Shown one piece after another: positions 49,174 through 58,892 of a stretch of 64,000 nucleotides of DNA. The first letter of the stretch is position 1; each line of letters opens with the position of its first letter. Under the pieces are notes generated by a model. That model did no database searches. It was not told where the DNA came from and was given only the letters and a program-made list of their open reading frames with translations. The translations under genes were made by a program, and so were the position numbers. This DNA comes from Bacteroidia bacterium (GTDB taxonomy: Bacteria > Bacteroidota > Bacteroidia > M30B66): contig OZ257142.1 of assembly GCA_965279035.1 (NCBI GenBank), positions 3,104,001-3,168,000 on the forward strand, given 5' to 3'.

Positions 49174-49222
49174 AATTCGTAATTCGTAATCCGTAATTCG
49201 TAACCCGTAATTCGTAATTCGT
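49174..49222. repeat. Heptamer tandem repeat (AATTCGT)x7
   Basis: AATTCGT AATTCGT AATCCGT AATTCGT AACCCGT AATTCGT AATTCGT. Confidence 0.9.
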
Positions 49223-49239
49223 AATTAATTAAATTTTTC

Positions 49240-49890
49240 TCACTCAAAAACCCACATCAACACCGACTTATCCGCTTCCTTCAAAATCACATCTATCCGC
49301 TTCATAAAGCCATTACTCACCGCAGGACAACCCCAACCTTCTGGCGTTCCACTCGGATAAATAGATTGCTCCGAAACCGCTTCCCAAGAATGTAAAACAA
49401 TCTCACGTTTTACCGCTGCCGAATTTGTTTTTTCCAAACCGTGAAGCAGATAATTCACATGAATTCCCCACTGACTATATCCTCGTTTTCCTATACGATA
49501 TTTACCCGCACTTGAAGCATGACTATCCGGTTGATTACTAAATACAGGCTTATCCGCTGTATAGGTCGATCCCCATGAGTTCGAACCACAACCATGACTC
49601 ACCAATCCGGAATCGATAGCTAGTTTCTTTTCAAAATTCCAAACATAAAATCGATGCTTTCCCGAATGCTTCCCATAATCCAATAAAAACGCATATTGAG
49701 TATTGAGTTTATTCTGTTGACAATAAGTCAAGGCTACATCTGCTTTTTGTTTCAATATCGCAACACGTGAATCTTTATTCGCTGATTTCTCAGGACTTCT
49801 CTTGTTGAAATGTGAATTCTTACTTCCCCAATTCGTGAAAAAGAAAACACCCAAACCAACTAATAAAACGAGGAAAACAATGCGCTTCAT
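49240..49890 (-). CDS. Murein L,D-transpeptidase catalytic domain protein (YkuD_2-like)
   Basis: N-terminal anchor; VSHGCG, LHGLE..N, IVLHS...GWGCPAV catalytic His/Cys. Confidence 0.85.
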   Translation of the reverse strand: MKRIVFLVLLVGLGVFFFTNWGSKNSHFNKRSPEKSANKDSRVAILKQKADVALTYCQQNKLNTQYAFLLDYGKHSGKHRFYVWNFEKKLAIDSGLVSHGCGSNSWGSTYTADKPVFSNQPDSHASSAGKYRIGKRGYSQWGIHVNYLLHGLEKTNSAAVKREIVLHSWEAVSEQSIYPSGTPEGWGCPAVSNGFMKRIDVILKEADKSVLMWVFE

Positions 49891-49953
49891 ATAAATTAAG
49901 AAAACAATAAACGCGAAGATTTCAACCTTGATATATCAAAAAATAAACTTATT

Positions 49954-50592
49954 CTAAACTAGATACATCATAGGATCCAAACAATTTTCTGAATAAAAAT
50001 CCAAGTCTTCCAAACTACACACACCCGGATAATCACCTTTCATTTCGTTTAAATCACGTATCAATTGAAAATGCAAATGTGGAGGCCAATTCCCATTTTC
50101 TTCCCATTTTCCTAGCTCAGCTAAGGAAGATCCACGACGAATGGAATCACCTACTTTCCAACGTTCTAAACTCGCATGTGAAAGATGTCCATATAAACTA
50201 TACAAAGGCTTTCCTTCACGTTCGTGTTCTATTATGATAGTTGCACCATAATCTCCATAGGCCGAATTAATCGCCATGCTATGAATAAAGCCATCTAAAG
50301 GCGCAAAAATGGGCGTGCCCGCAGAAGTCCAAATATCAACTCCCAAGTGAATACAGCGCGTATTTTGGCCATTTTCATAATGAGCACTTCGACGATACAC
50401 AATACGATTCTCTAAATATCCACCAATGCCACAGCCTCCGTTTTGAAAAGCGATTTCATGTTGAATAAATGCTTCAAATTCGGATTGATTATCTAAATTA
50501 ATTCCTTGAATACGTTCATTGTTAGCCGATAAATCCAATACCACTGGATTCATTTCACCAAGCGATTTCTCAAATAAAGATCGTATGTGCAT
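49954..50592 (-). CDS. M23-family peptidase domain protein
   Basis: HLGVD (HxxxD), LYGHLS, PPHLHFQ (HxH); no signal peptide. Confidence 0.88.
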   Translation of the reverse strand: MHIRSLFEKSLGEMNPVVLDLSANNERIQGINLDNQSEFEAFIQHEIAFQNGGCGIGGYLENRIVYRRSAHYENGQNTRCIHLGVDIWTSAGTPIFAPLDGFIHSMAINSAYGDYGATIIIEHEREGKPLYSLYGHLSHASLERWKVGDSIRRGSSLAELGKWEENGNWPPHLHFQLIRDLNEMKGDYPGVCSLEDLDFYSENCLDPMMYLV

Positions 50593-50594
50593 TT

Positions 50595-52496
50595 TTATTC
50601 ATTTATCAATTCCCAAGCTGAACGATACGCTCCAGTTAATTCGCAATGATCTATCAAGGCTTTGTAAAAAAGATCATTGCCCAAGGTAGCACTATCTCCA
50701 ATGAGTACTAGTTTTTTCTTCGCCCGTGTCATAGCCACATTCATGCGTCGATAATCTTGCAAGAATCCAATTTCATTTCGATTATTACTTCGAACCAAGG
50801 ATACATAAATCGCATCCCTTTCCTGTCCCTGAAACGAATCGATGGTCTGAATTTCTATCTGCAAATTCTCCGGTAATGCATTTTTCCAATCATTCAACTG
50901 TGTTGAAATTTCGCCAACCTGCGCATGATAAGGAGAAATTACTCCCAAACGAATCATTTTCCCATGCAGCAATTCAGCCAATGCATTCACACGCTGCCAG
51001 AGAAATCGAGCTTCTTCCGGATTGGTTAAACTCTGCGTTTCAGGATTTAGTTGTTCTTCCCAACCCAAGCCTGCTGTATCAATAAATTCAATCATTGGAT
51101 CATCTCCAATGCCCCAATTCGCAACATCTTTATGAGCTATTAATCGACCTTGATAAAACCATTGATTCGAAAAAGCCATAATCGACTCATTCATTCGATA
51201 CTGATGTGTTAAAAGGGCTGTAGGGATTTTATCCAATACTTTTTCCATTAAAGTAATCGATAATCCTTTACGTGCCGCTTCTTGCGATTTTACTGTGGGT
51301 GGCAATTGAAACGGATCACCCGCCAGCACCACTCGATCGGCTTTCGAAATTGGAATCCAACAACTAGGTTCTGGAGCTTGAGCAGCTTCGTCGATAAACA
51401 CGGTCGAAAAATTACGTTTTTCCAAAATAGAATGATTCGCTCCTACCAAAGTGCAGGTGATCACTTCGGCTTTATCTACACAACTTTCCAAAATAAAAGC
51501 TTCCAATTTTCGCGCTTCTGATGCAATGCTTTTCGCTTCCGATAATATCAATTTCCGTTGCTCACGTTCAGCATGTCCAAATTGACGTTTGTATTTCCCT
51601 GCCATGCGTCGCAATTCGGCAGCTCGTTTTCGAAATTCCTTAATATCTCCATACTGCGGATGTTGTCGCACCTGCCCTTCAACCGTTGATGCTTCCAACG
51701 TTTCATTAATTCGTGCACTATTTCCAATTCTCAACACTCGCATTCCAGCTTCAAGCGATTTTTGAGTCAACCAATCGGCGGCAGCATTACTCGGTGCACA
51801 AAGCAAAATTTGCTCTCCCTGTTCTACCAAAATCTTAGCTGCAGCAATCAGTGTCGTCGTCTTTCCCGTACCTGGTGGACCATGCAACAAACACACATCA
51901 CTCGATTCCAAAATCATTTTCACCGCTTCCTGTTGAGATGAATTCAAATGCGCTGGAAATTCGGGAATCTCAGTATCTGTATCGTGTTCAGCCGGTTTAT
52001 TCAGTAATAAAATTTCACGATTCACTGCTAATCGACAATTCCGCGCATTCGCAACCAATTTCATTGCATTTTCTTGCTCACGATAGGCATTTTCATCAGG
52101 CATAATATTTAAACCCAAACGGCCATAGTCGAGCACTTCGGGCAAATCATCACAAAAAAAAATCACTTTCATCTGATCTCCATTCACAAACTGAATAGCT
52201 CCTTTTATAGGATCAGCAGCATCCGAATCGGACGAAAATACCAACACAACTTTTCCTGCCGAAAATGAATGTGGACGGTCTTTCTGCTTCGTACGTTCTA
52301 AAATCACAAAGGGATAATCTCCAAATCCATATCCCGTTTCTACCACCCTCAATGGAAACCAACAATATCCCAATTCAACACGTTGTTGCACAGTTGTCCC
52401 CCGCATCATCACATCAAATTGTCGCATTTCTTCCTCCTTCTCGAGCTGCAAAAGCGCTTGCAATTCTTCGAAATATTCTTTGGGGTTTATCATCAT
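50595..52496 (-). CDS. SF1 Upf1/IGHMBP2-like helicase (AAA_11/AAA_12)
   Basis: GPPGTGKTT, APSNAA, IDEAAQ, GDPFQLPP, QYRM, DSFQGQE, NVAMTRAK; likely start 52496. Confidence 0.92.
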   Translation of the reverse strand: MMINPKEYFEELQALLQLEKEEEMRQFDVMMRGTTVQQRVELGYCWFPLRVVETGYGFGDYPFVILERTKQKDRPHSFSAGKVVLVFSSDSDAADPIKGAIQFVNGDQMKVIFFCDDLPEVLDYGRLGLNIMPDENAYREQENAMKLVANARNCRLAVNREILLLNKPAEHDTDTEIPEFPAHLNSSQQEAVKMILESSDVCLLHGPPGTGKTTTLIAAAKILVEQGEQILLCAPSNAAADWLTQKSLEAGMRVLRIGNSARINETLEASTVEGQVRQHPQYGDIKEFRKRAAELRRMAGKYKRQFGHAEREQRKLILSEAKSIASEARKLEAFILESCVDKAEVITCTLVGANHSILEKRNFSTVFIDEAAQAPEPSCWIPISKADRVVLAGDPFQLPPTVKSQEAARKGLSITLMEKVLDKIPTALLTHQYRMNESIMAFSNQWFYQGRLIAHKDVANWGIGDDPMIEFIDTAGLGWEEQLNPETQSLTNPEEARFLWQRVNALAELLHGKMIRLGVISPYHAQVGEISTQLNDWKNALPENLQIEIQTIDSFQGQERDAIYVSLVRSNNRNEIGFLQDYRRMNVAMTRAKKKLVLIGDSATLGNDLFYKALIDHCELTGAYRSAWELINE

Positions 52497-52521
52497 GCAA
52501 TAATAAGAGAATAGTGTTATC

Positions 52522-52596
52522 CGATATACGTATTTCGATGTACGATGTCCTTGTGAAGTTTGTCGTATATCGTACATCGTATAGTCCCTATGGGAC
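52522..52596. repeat. Inverted heptamer repeats (CGATRTA / TAYATCG) with small hairpin
   Basis: CGATGTACGAT (52536-52546) versus ATCGTACATCG (52569-52579); GTCCC-TAT-GGGAC at 52584-52596. Confidence 0.6.
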
Positions 52597-52614
52597 GATC
52601 ATATATCGTTTCAT

Positions 52615-52694
52615 GGCGGCAGGGCGGGCTATCACTCCATTCCGAGAAATATCGGAACCTCATGCTTTCGGGCTTTCCGTTCTATCCTTGTCGC
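52615..52694 (-). ncRNA. Flavo-1-like structured intergenic repeat (tentative)
   Basis: Minus strand reads GGATAGAACGGAAAGCCCG...GGAGTGATAGCCCG; resembles my recollection of Flavo-1, no search run. Confidence 0.35.
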
Positions 52695-52836
52695 TCGATT
52701 GCAAAAGGAACATTCATGTACAAAATAAAATTCCACTCAATGAATTATTTATTCATTGGAATTAATTCTCTATGTTTATTGATAAATTTAAACAACCATT
52801 CAAAGAAATTTTGAGAATCATCTCATAAATAGTAGA

Positions 52837-53466
52837 ATGAAAATAACTGGTGTAGCATTTATTTTTCTGCTTATTTCAACAATAAGCTCTGGACAATCAC
52901 ATTACAAAACGATTCGAGATGATAAAACCGATCTCAAATCTGAGTTTATTTTAAATCCCGATTCAACATGCTATTTAAAAACAACCTATTCTGGAAATTC
53001 ATTTTATAAAATATACAAAGGAAGAATCAACAAAATACAGGATACCCTTTATGAATTTCACTATCAACCTATCGTTCAATTTACAGCCATGAAACGCATC
53101 GCAAAGGGCGATACCATTACGACTTTCCTTAGTGCCATTGATACCTCTCTCTCAAATATTTCATATTTCGAAGTGAAAGCACCTATAATTGAAGAGCGAC
53201 ATTTTCGAATGTCAGTAGGTTGGAATAGAACCTATTGGAAAGGAATAAGCAAAAACGATATTTCAATCAATACCAATTTTATCGATCCAATTACATACGA
53301 TTCTGTATATATTTCCATACATACAGATTCTTCTCCCGTGCTTTATTATTATGGTTCAAAAACTACACTTTATAAAACCCAAATTTCAATTGTAAAAAAC
53401 AATCTAACAATCTATGCCGACAATAAATTCATTGAATATAATGAGTCGTATTTACTTAGTCCTTAA
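52837..53466 (+). CDS. Hypothetical secreted protein
   Basis: Signal peptide ending SSG-Q; AT-rich 209-aa ORF. Confidence 0.65.
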   Translation: MKITGVAFIFLLISTISSGQSHYKTIRDDKTDLKSEFILNPDSTCYLKTTYSGNSFYKIYKGRINKIQDTLYEFHYQPIVQFTAMKRIAKGDTITTFLSAIDTSLSNISYFEVKAPIIEERHFRMSVGWNRTYWKGISKNDISINTNFIDPITYDSVYISIHTDSSPVLYYYGSKTTLYKTQISIVKNNLTIYADNKFIEYNESYLLSP

Positions 53467-53575
53467 CAGATTTAGTAAATAATCATTAATTTAAGAATTA
53501 ATTAGGATTTTCATAATTCCAATAAGGCTAAATAAAATCTTGATATTTTTGTAATTTATTAAGAATAAAAAAAGC

Positions 53576-54514
53576 ATGAAACATCTACTACTTACAATAT
53601 TTCTAGCTATCTCAAGTATTTCTAGTTTTTCTCAAAGCTATTGGTGTCAACCAGGTGCAACTTGGGAGTTTGAAATGATTGGTCAAGTACAATCAGCAGC
53701 TTTGCTAAAATATACAGGCGACACACTTATTGAAAATAAAAACTGTCAGATCCTTCAAAATAAATGGAGATATATTTTTCCTGGCCCCAATACTCCTCAC
53801 CCAGGACCTGAATATGATGGTCTAACTAGTTATGTATATTACTCCGGCGATACATTATATCATTATTTAAATGGCATTTTTAATATGCTATTTGATTTTG
53901 GTGCTTCTGTTGGCGATACATGGAATATAATCAATTATAGCCAAATGGATTCTTTATATGCATGTGATTCAGAAATCATTACAGTCGATAGTGTTGGAAA
54001 TGAACTATTTAATGGATTTCCATATAGATGGATAAAAATCCATTCCGACTCAGGTACATTTGGAGGAAAAGCCATTGAACATGTTGGATTTATTGATCAC
54101 AATTTTTTTCCAGATCACGGAGCATGTAATTCACAAGAAGAGTCGATTTATATTTTAGGTTGTTTCTCCGATAGCCTTTTTGGTAAACTATCCCCAGCAA
54201 CTTTTAACTGCTATAACTATTCAAGCACTCCATCATTTAATTGCGGTTTTTATACCTTAAATGTTCAAGAAATAAAAACTGAAAATCCACCTCAGCTATT
54301 TCCCATTCCCACAACGAATAAAATAACATACAAATTCGATAAGCAATTTGCTACAAATTATATGATTTATAGCATGGATGGTCGTCTAATGCAAACTGGT
54401 TTAATCACCAATCCAAAAGGTGAAATACCACTTAATTTAGATAAAGGAGTTTATTGGATTGTTTGGAATTTTAATAAGACTCAATTAACTTCAAAGTTGA
54501 TCATTCAAAATTGA
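53576..54514 (+). CDS. T9SS type A cargo protein
   Basis: Signal peptide SFS-Q; LFDFGASVGDTW; CTD LFPIPT...KGVYWI...KLIIQ. Confidence 0.8.
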   Translation: MKHLLLTIFLAISSISSFSQSYWCQPGATWEFEMIGQVQSAALLKYTGDTLIENKNCQILQNKWRYIFPGPNTPHPGPEYDGLTSYVYYSGDTLYHYLNGIFNMLFDFGASVGDTWNIINYSQMDSLYACDSEIITVDSVGNELFNGFPYRWIKIHSDSGTFGGKAIEHVGFIDHNFFPDHGACNSQEESIYILGCFSDSLFGKLSPATFNCYNYSSTPSFNCGFYTLNVQEIKTENPPQLFPIPTTNKITYKFDKQFATNYMIYSMDGRLMQTGLITNPKGEIPLNLDKGVYWIVWNFNKTQLTSKLIIQN

Positions 54515-54613
54515 GTTTATTCATATTCTTTTATCATTTTAAAATTTCAAAAACCAATTTCGTATTATTGTAAGAAGCTTCAAAAAATGTAAATAATATA
54601 GCAAACATCCACC

Positions 54614-55870
54614 ATGAAACATGAATTTAAGCTGAACTTCAATTCAAAAAAACGTATGCTTCGATTGAATCTAATCGTTCTATTCTTTTTAATGAGCATA
54701 GTATGTTTCTGCCAATCGGCGTATATTCCTAATACTGGCGATAATACCATATCAGTTATTAGCTTAGCTACAAATACTGTAACAAGCACAATACCAGTTG
54801 GAACTTCACCCAATCCCATTTCGGTGAGTACCGGTGGAAGTGCCGTTTATGTAGGCAATACTGGTTCTAATTCGATAAGTGTAATTCAAACCTCATCCAA
54901 CACGGTAATTGCAACAATTCCTTTAGGGTTCAGTCCTTCGGGAATTTGTGTAAGTCCCAATGGACAAAAACTGTATGTTGCTAAAAATAATGGCACCGAA
55001 ATATGTGTCTATTCTACTTCAACAAATACCCTTTTAAATACAATCCCAGTTGGTTCGCATCCACAAGGAATTACCATTACTCCCAATGGTTCTAAAATTT
55101 ACGTCTCAAATACCGAATCACAAACCATCAGTGTAATAGATGCAAGCTTAAATGAAGTAACTGCCACCATCATTTATTTTTCCTTTCCTTGGGGAATCTG
55201 CATGAATCCCGATGGTAACAGAATGTACGCAACGAATATCGGAAGTGGCGTTGCTCAAATTAATACGAGTACCGATTATATTACATCAGGCATCACCGTT
55301 CCTGAATATACCGATCAAGTGGCAATTAGTGCCAATGGTCATCGAATGTGCGCTATTAGCGCTTCAAGTAATTCGGCTGTTATTATTGATCCAAATCCAA
55401 TATATCCTCTCTATACAGCTTATGTTGATAATGGTCCAAGCGGTATTGATCTAAACCCTGATGGAACCAAAATATACGTTATCAGTCAATTTGGGAATTT
55501 CGTTAAAGTCATTAGTACGGCCACTTACAATACAGTTGCAACAATTCCTGTAGGTAATAATCCGGCAGCTTTTGGAAAATTTATTTCTTTCAATCAGCAA
55601 GTTGGAATCAATGATTCCGAATTTCAAAAGGCTGATATAGCTGCTGTTTATCCCAATCCAGCAATAGATCAATTTACAGTTGAGTTTGAAGTCAATCAAA
55701 AAAATGCAAGCATTCAAGTCCTTAATGAAATGGGAGAAGAATTAAAATGCATTCCATTCTCTGGATCAAAATTGATACTAGATAGAGGCGATTTAAAAGC
55801 AGGGATTTACTTTATCCGATTAATGGATAGCAAGGGACACTCAACAACTAAAAAGATCATTTTAAACTAA
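54614..55870 (+). CDS. YVTN/YncE beta-propeller T9SS cargo protein
   Basis: Repeats YVxNxxSNxISVI..TIPVGxxP; CTD VYPNPA...GIYFIRL; start may be 54656. Confidence 0.9.
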   Translation: MKHEFKLNFNSKKRMLRLNLIVLFFLMSIVCFCQSAYIPNTGDNTISVISLATNTVTSTIPVGTSPNPISVSTGGSAVYVGNTGSNSISVIQTSSNTVIATIPLGFSPSGICVSPNGQKLYVAKNNGTEICVYSTSTNTLLNTIPVGSHPQGITITPNGSKIYVSNTESQTISVIDASLNEVTATIIYFSFPWGICMNPDGNRMYATNIGSGVAQINTSTDYITSGITVPEYTDQVAISANGHRMCAISASSNSAVIIDPNPIYPLYTAYVDNGPSGIDLNPDGTKIYVISQFGNFVKVISTATYNTVATIPVGNNPAAFGKFISFNQQVGINDSEFQKADIAAVYPNPAIDQFTVEFEVNQKNASIQVLNEMGEELKCIPFSGSKLILDRGDLKAGIYFIRLMDSKGHSTTKKIILN

Positions 55871-55909
55871 CTTATAATTATACATTTAATTTAAATAATT
55901 TTATTTTCA

Positions 55910-56218
55910 ATGGATGAAAACGATCTACTAGCCAAACTTGATTCAGAAATAAAATCTGAACTAAAAATGTCATTGCAATTTGGTTTCGATTGGAGCAAAT
56001 CTATAATTAAACCTGTTAAACAACCATATTTGAATGCGATTGATCATTCAAATTCGAATGAATACTGGACAGTTATTATCGATCAAGAAAAAAATAAAAT
56101 ACTCTTTTATAGTGCTGAAGATGACATCTATGGATTAGCTTCTATTAATTCAACGAATGATTTAATAGATTTAGGATATTACGGAACTTTGTCAGAATTG
56201 ATCTTATTTATTCAGTAG
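55910..56218 (+). CDS. Small hypothetical protein
   Basis: 102-aa acidic ORF with ATG in an otherwise empty interval. Confidence 0.55.
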   Translation: MDENDLLAKLDSEIKSELKMSLQFGFDWSKSIIKPVKQPYLNAIDHSNSNEYWTVIIDQEKNKILFYSAEDDIYGLASINSTNDLIDLGYYGTLSELILFIQ

Positions 56219-56230
56219 AAATAATAAAAT

Positions 56231-56264
56231 ATCCCCACTCTGCTAGGAAAAGCAAAATGGGGAA
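56231..56264. terminator. Terminator hairpin between convergent genes
   Basis: CCCCA..TGCT...AGCA..TGGGG imperfect inverted repeat. Confidence 0.5.
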
Positions 56265-56282
56265 TTATACGTTCAATTAAAA

Positions 56283-57389
56283 TTATTTTGTTCTTACAGT
56301 TACTGTTGTATTGCTCACCGTACTTGGATTTCCTCCAGCTGCTTTTATTTGATTTTGAATTTGGGTGCGTCGTAATAACAAATCTAAATCACGATCTTCT
56401 TTTTCGCGTTTTGCCACTTCTTCAATCACAATTTTATAATTCAAATTCATAGAATAATAAAACTGAACGGAAGGCTCAACCATATCAGCATTTAATACTA
56501 CATCGAATTGTCCATAAGGAACACGCTCGTAATACACCGTTTTATTTTTTTCTGCATAATTATATTCCATCGGTTTTTCTTTATCCTTTGATGATTTTTT
56601 AGAATATACTTTCGGAATTCCCGTATTGGCGGCAGTATATTTCACATACCGTTCCATGGGATAAACAGAACCTTGTGTTGTAGCATAATTTTGCACTTCC
56701 AAATTAAATCCCATACGTTTATAAGATTCAGCTTTGGTTTGAATAATTTCTTCAGCTTTTTTGCGTAGCTCAGAATAAATCTGATCCATGTTTGCTACAT
56801 TATAATCAATCTTCACTAAGTCATAAATTTCTGCTTCTGCAGCTGCCGAAATCAAATCATTTAATCGATCATGATCGCTGAACTTAACATGAATATTTTT
56901 CTTCATTTCAAATCCAGTAGGAACTTCATTCAGTGTTTTACTATATCGTTTTTCGGTTAATTCAAACTCATATGTAGGCAACATCGAAATAAAATCAACA
57001 TGCGTATTTTCTAATTGAATTCCAACTTTACGTAATTCATCAAATACATTATTTAATCGAATATCCATTAAAGAATCTGTTTCAACAATGCTCTCTCCTG
57101 CCTGAGTAATACTTAAAATAGCAACGTACGATGTAGCTCGTACATTTATCATCACATCCGCTTTAATCGGAGTCATCGAACTACTATTCATTTGTGTAGT
57201 TAAATTGACTCCTGCTGGAGGAATATAATTAACAAAACTTAAATTCCCAGTGGAATTATTAAAAATAGAATTTCCTGCCGAACAATTTGTAGAAACATTG
57301 CCCTGAAAAACTGAATTACCAGCCGATTGGGCAAATAAAAGTGCTGAAGTAAAAATGCAGGAAGCGCTGAGGAAAAATCTTTTTTTCAT
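56283..57389 (-). CDS. SIMPL (DUF541)-like secreted protein
   Basis: Signal peptide; NVRATSYVAILSITQ, GFEMKKNIHVKF, IYDLVKIDY pattern. Confidence 0.65.
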   Translation of the reverse strand: MKKRFFLSASCIFTSALLFAQSAGNSVFQGNVSTNCSAGNSIFNNSTGNLSFVNYIPPAGVNLTTQMNSSSMTPIKADVMINVRATSYVAILSITQAGESIVETDSLMDIRLNNVFDELRKVGIQLENTHVDFISMLPTYEFELTEKRYSKTLNEVPTGFEMKKNIHVKFSDHDRLNDLISAAAEAEIYDLVKIDYNVANMDQIYSELRKKAEEIIQTKAESYKRMGFNLEVQNYATTQGSVYPMERYVKYTAANTGIPKVYSKKSSKDKEKPMEYNYAEKNKTVYYERVPYGQFDVVLNADMVEPSVQFYYSMNLNYKIVIEEVAKREKEDRDLDLLLRRTQIQNQIKAAGGNPSTVSNTTVTVRTK

Positions 57390-57408
57390 GAGTTTATTTT
57401 TCCTCCCT

Positions 57409-57433
57409 TATGTGATTAAAATAAATAGGTTCA
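57409..57433 (-). promoter_or_regulatory. Putative ECF-sigma promoter for SIMPL gene
   Basis: Minus strand TGAACCT-N14-CATA; same motif and spacing at 60070-60094. Confidence 0.65.
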
Positions 57434-57442
57434 CCACCAAAT

Positions 57443-57468
57443 AAAAAAATCCGAACGAGTCGGATTTT
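57443..57468 (-). terminator. Terminator ending the ECF operon
   Basis: AAAATCCGA-CTCGT-TCGGATTTTTTT on minus strand. Confidence 0.75.
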
Positions 57469-57495
57469 AATGAATTAATTAATTAAATAATTCAA

Positions 57496-58320
57496 TTAAT
57501 AAATTGTAACAGTATTGGAAATTACTTGAGGGAAATCAGCTAATGACAAGGATTGCTGTTGCTTCTCTTTTTTACTTTTTGATTTTTCTAATACTGCTAA
57601 TTCTTTTGTAGAATTTGAAACATTATTGTCCCAATTATACGAATTTCCAAAATGAGCACTACTTAAGGTTACCGTTGAACCTGAACTTAATGTGGCATTT
57701 GCATCGGTTACAGTTGGAGCTTTAACTGCAACATCCTTCATTTCAACTTCTTCTTTTGCTTCAACAGGAGCTTCAACTAAATCAAGTTTTTTTATTGGTT
57801 CAAATGATGAATTCCCTGGCGGTAAATCATCGTTTGCTACTGCTACTTCTTCTGTTTTCACTTGTGTTTCACACCCTGTACTATTCGTTTCTATTTTGAG
57901 TGTATCTGTTACTGAAGGTACATCTAAATCCTTTTTCGTACTGGGCCGAATGTCTTGTGAAACATCATTTTTTAATTCAAAATGATCTGAATCGGGATGA
58001 AATAAAAAAATTCCCAGTGCGATCATAGCAGCTGCAGCAAGCGTAATTCCGGCAATAATCGGCCATCGAATAATAATTCCTTTCTTCTCTTTTCCTTCAT
58101 CAAATACATCCAATAATTTTTGCTTTAATGCAGCAGATGGTTGTTCTGTTTCTTCATCCAACTCATTCAAGGACAAAAGCATCCGACGAATATGATTGTA
58201 TTCATCTTCACTCATGTTTTCTGCTCCCAAATTTTTTAAATCTGTAGCATGTAATTGATGAAATTCCTTTTGCAGAATTAACTGCTCGAAATCTTCCTGA
58301 AAGTGATTAAATGGCTCCAT
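57496..58320 (-). CDS. Putative single-pass anti-sigma factor
   Basis: About 80-aa cytoplasmic N-terminus, one TM helix, low-complexity tail; 2 nt after sigma gene. Confidence 0.65.
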   Translation of the reverse strand: MEPFNHFQEDFEQLILQKEFHQLHATDLKNLGAENMSEDEYNHIRRMLLSLNELDEETEQPSAALKQKLLDVFDEGKEKKGIIIRWPIIAGITLAAAAMIALGIFLFHPDSDHFELKNDVSQDIRPSTKKDLDVPSVTDTLKIETNSTGCETQVKTEEVAVANDDLPPGNSSFEPIKKLDLVEAPVEAKEEVEMKDVAVKAPTVTDANATLSSGSTVTLSSAHFGNSYNWDNNVSNSTKELAVLEKSKSKKEKQQQSLSLADFPQVISNTVTIY

Positions 58321-58322
58321 AA

Positions 58323-58892
58323 TCAGATGTGTTGAAATTGTGGCATTTTACCTGCGATTTTCCGCAAAGCATAAAATAAACGTGATTTAACTGTGCCTTC
58401 GCTGCAATTAAGAACCGCCGATATTTCCTTCAAGGATAATTCCTCAAAATAGCGCAACATAAACGTGCTTTTATGTGGTTCATCTATGGTCTCTAACACT
58501 TCTTTTAATTTTCGAGTAAACGCTCGCTTATCAATTCGCTCGGTAATCTTTTGAGAATTATCCGATAATTCGGGCGCATTATCCAACGAAACGGAATGTC
58601 CTTTTCGACTGGCTTTTCTGTATTCCATTTTACAGATATTAGTGGCAACGGTATAAACCCAAGGGCGAAATGTTCGGCTGATATCAAACAATTCGGGCTG
58701 TCGGGCAATCTTAATGAATAAATCTTGCAGACAATCTTCTGCGAGCTCGTGATTATTCCAAAGTAATCGCTTTAAATAAGCTAACAAGCGTGGACTATAT
58801 CGATCGTACAAAACAGAAAAAGCCATTTTATCGCGGGCAATGATCAACTCCATCAATTGCTCATCGCTGAGTGTTGAAAGGTCTTTGCTCAT
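58323..58892 (-). CDS. ECF RNA polymerase sigma factor
   Basis: SDEQLM, AEDCLQDLF, FRPWVYTVATN, EISAVLNCSEGTVKSRL. Confidence 0.95.
   Translation of the reverse strand: MSKDLSTLSDEQLMELIIARDKMAFSVLYDRYSPRLLAYLKRLLWNNHELAEDCLQDLFIKIARQPELFDISRTFRPWVYTVATNICKMEYRKASRKGHSVSLDNAPELSDNSQKITERIDKRAFTRKLKEVLETIDEPHKSTFMLRYFEELSLKEISAVLNCSEGTVKSRLFYALRKIAGKMPQFQHI

Noticed and set aside
46891-49240. Integrative element at tRNA-Arg
   Set aside because: No integrase and no duplicated tRNA 3' end seen in the window
50595-52496. Helicase as an anti-phage defence gene
   Set aside because: No fused or neighbouring nuclease/effector; composition and context look like core genome
52265-52814. Plus-strand ORFs 52265-52765 and 52560-52814
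   Set aside because: Overlap the helicase antisense and run through repeat elements; no recognisable motifs
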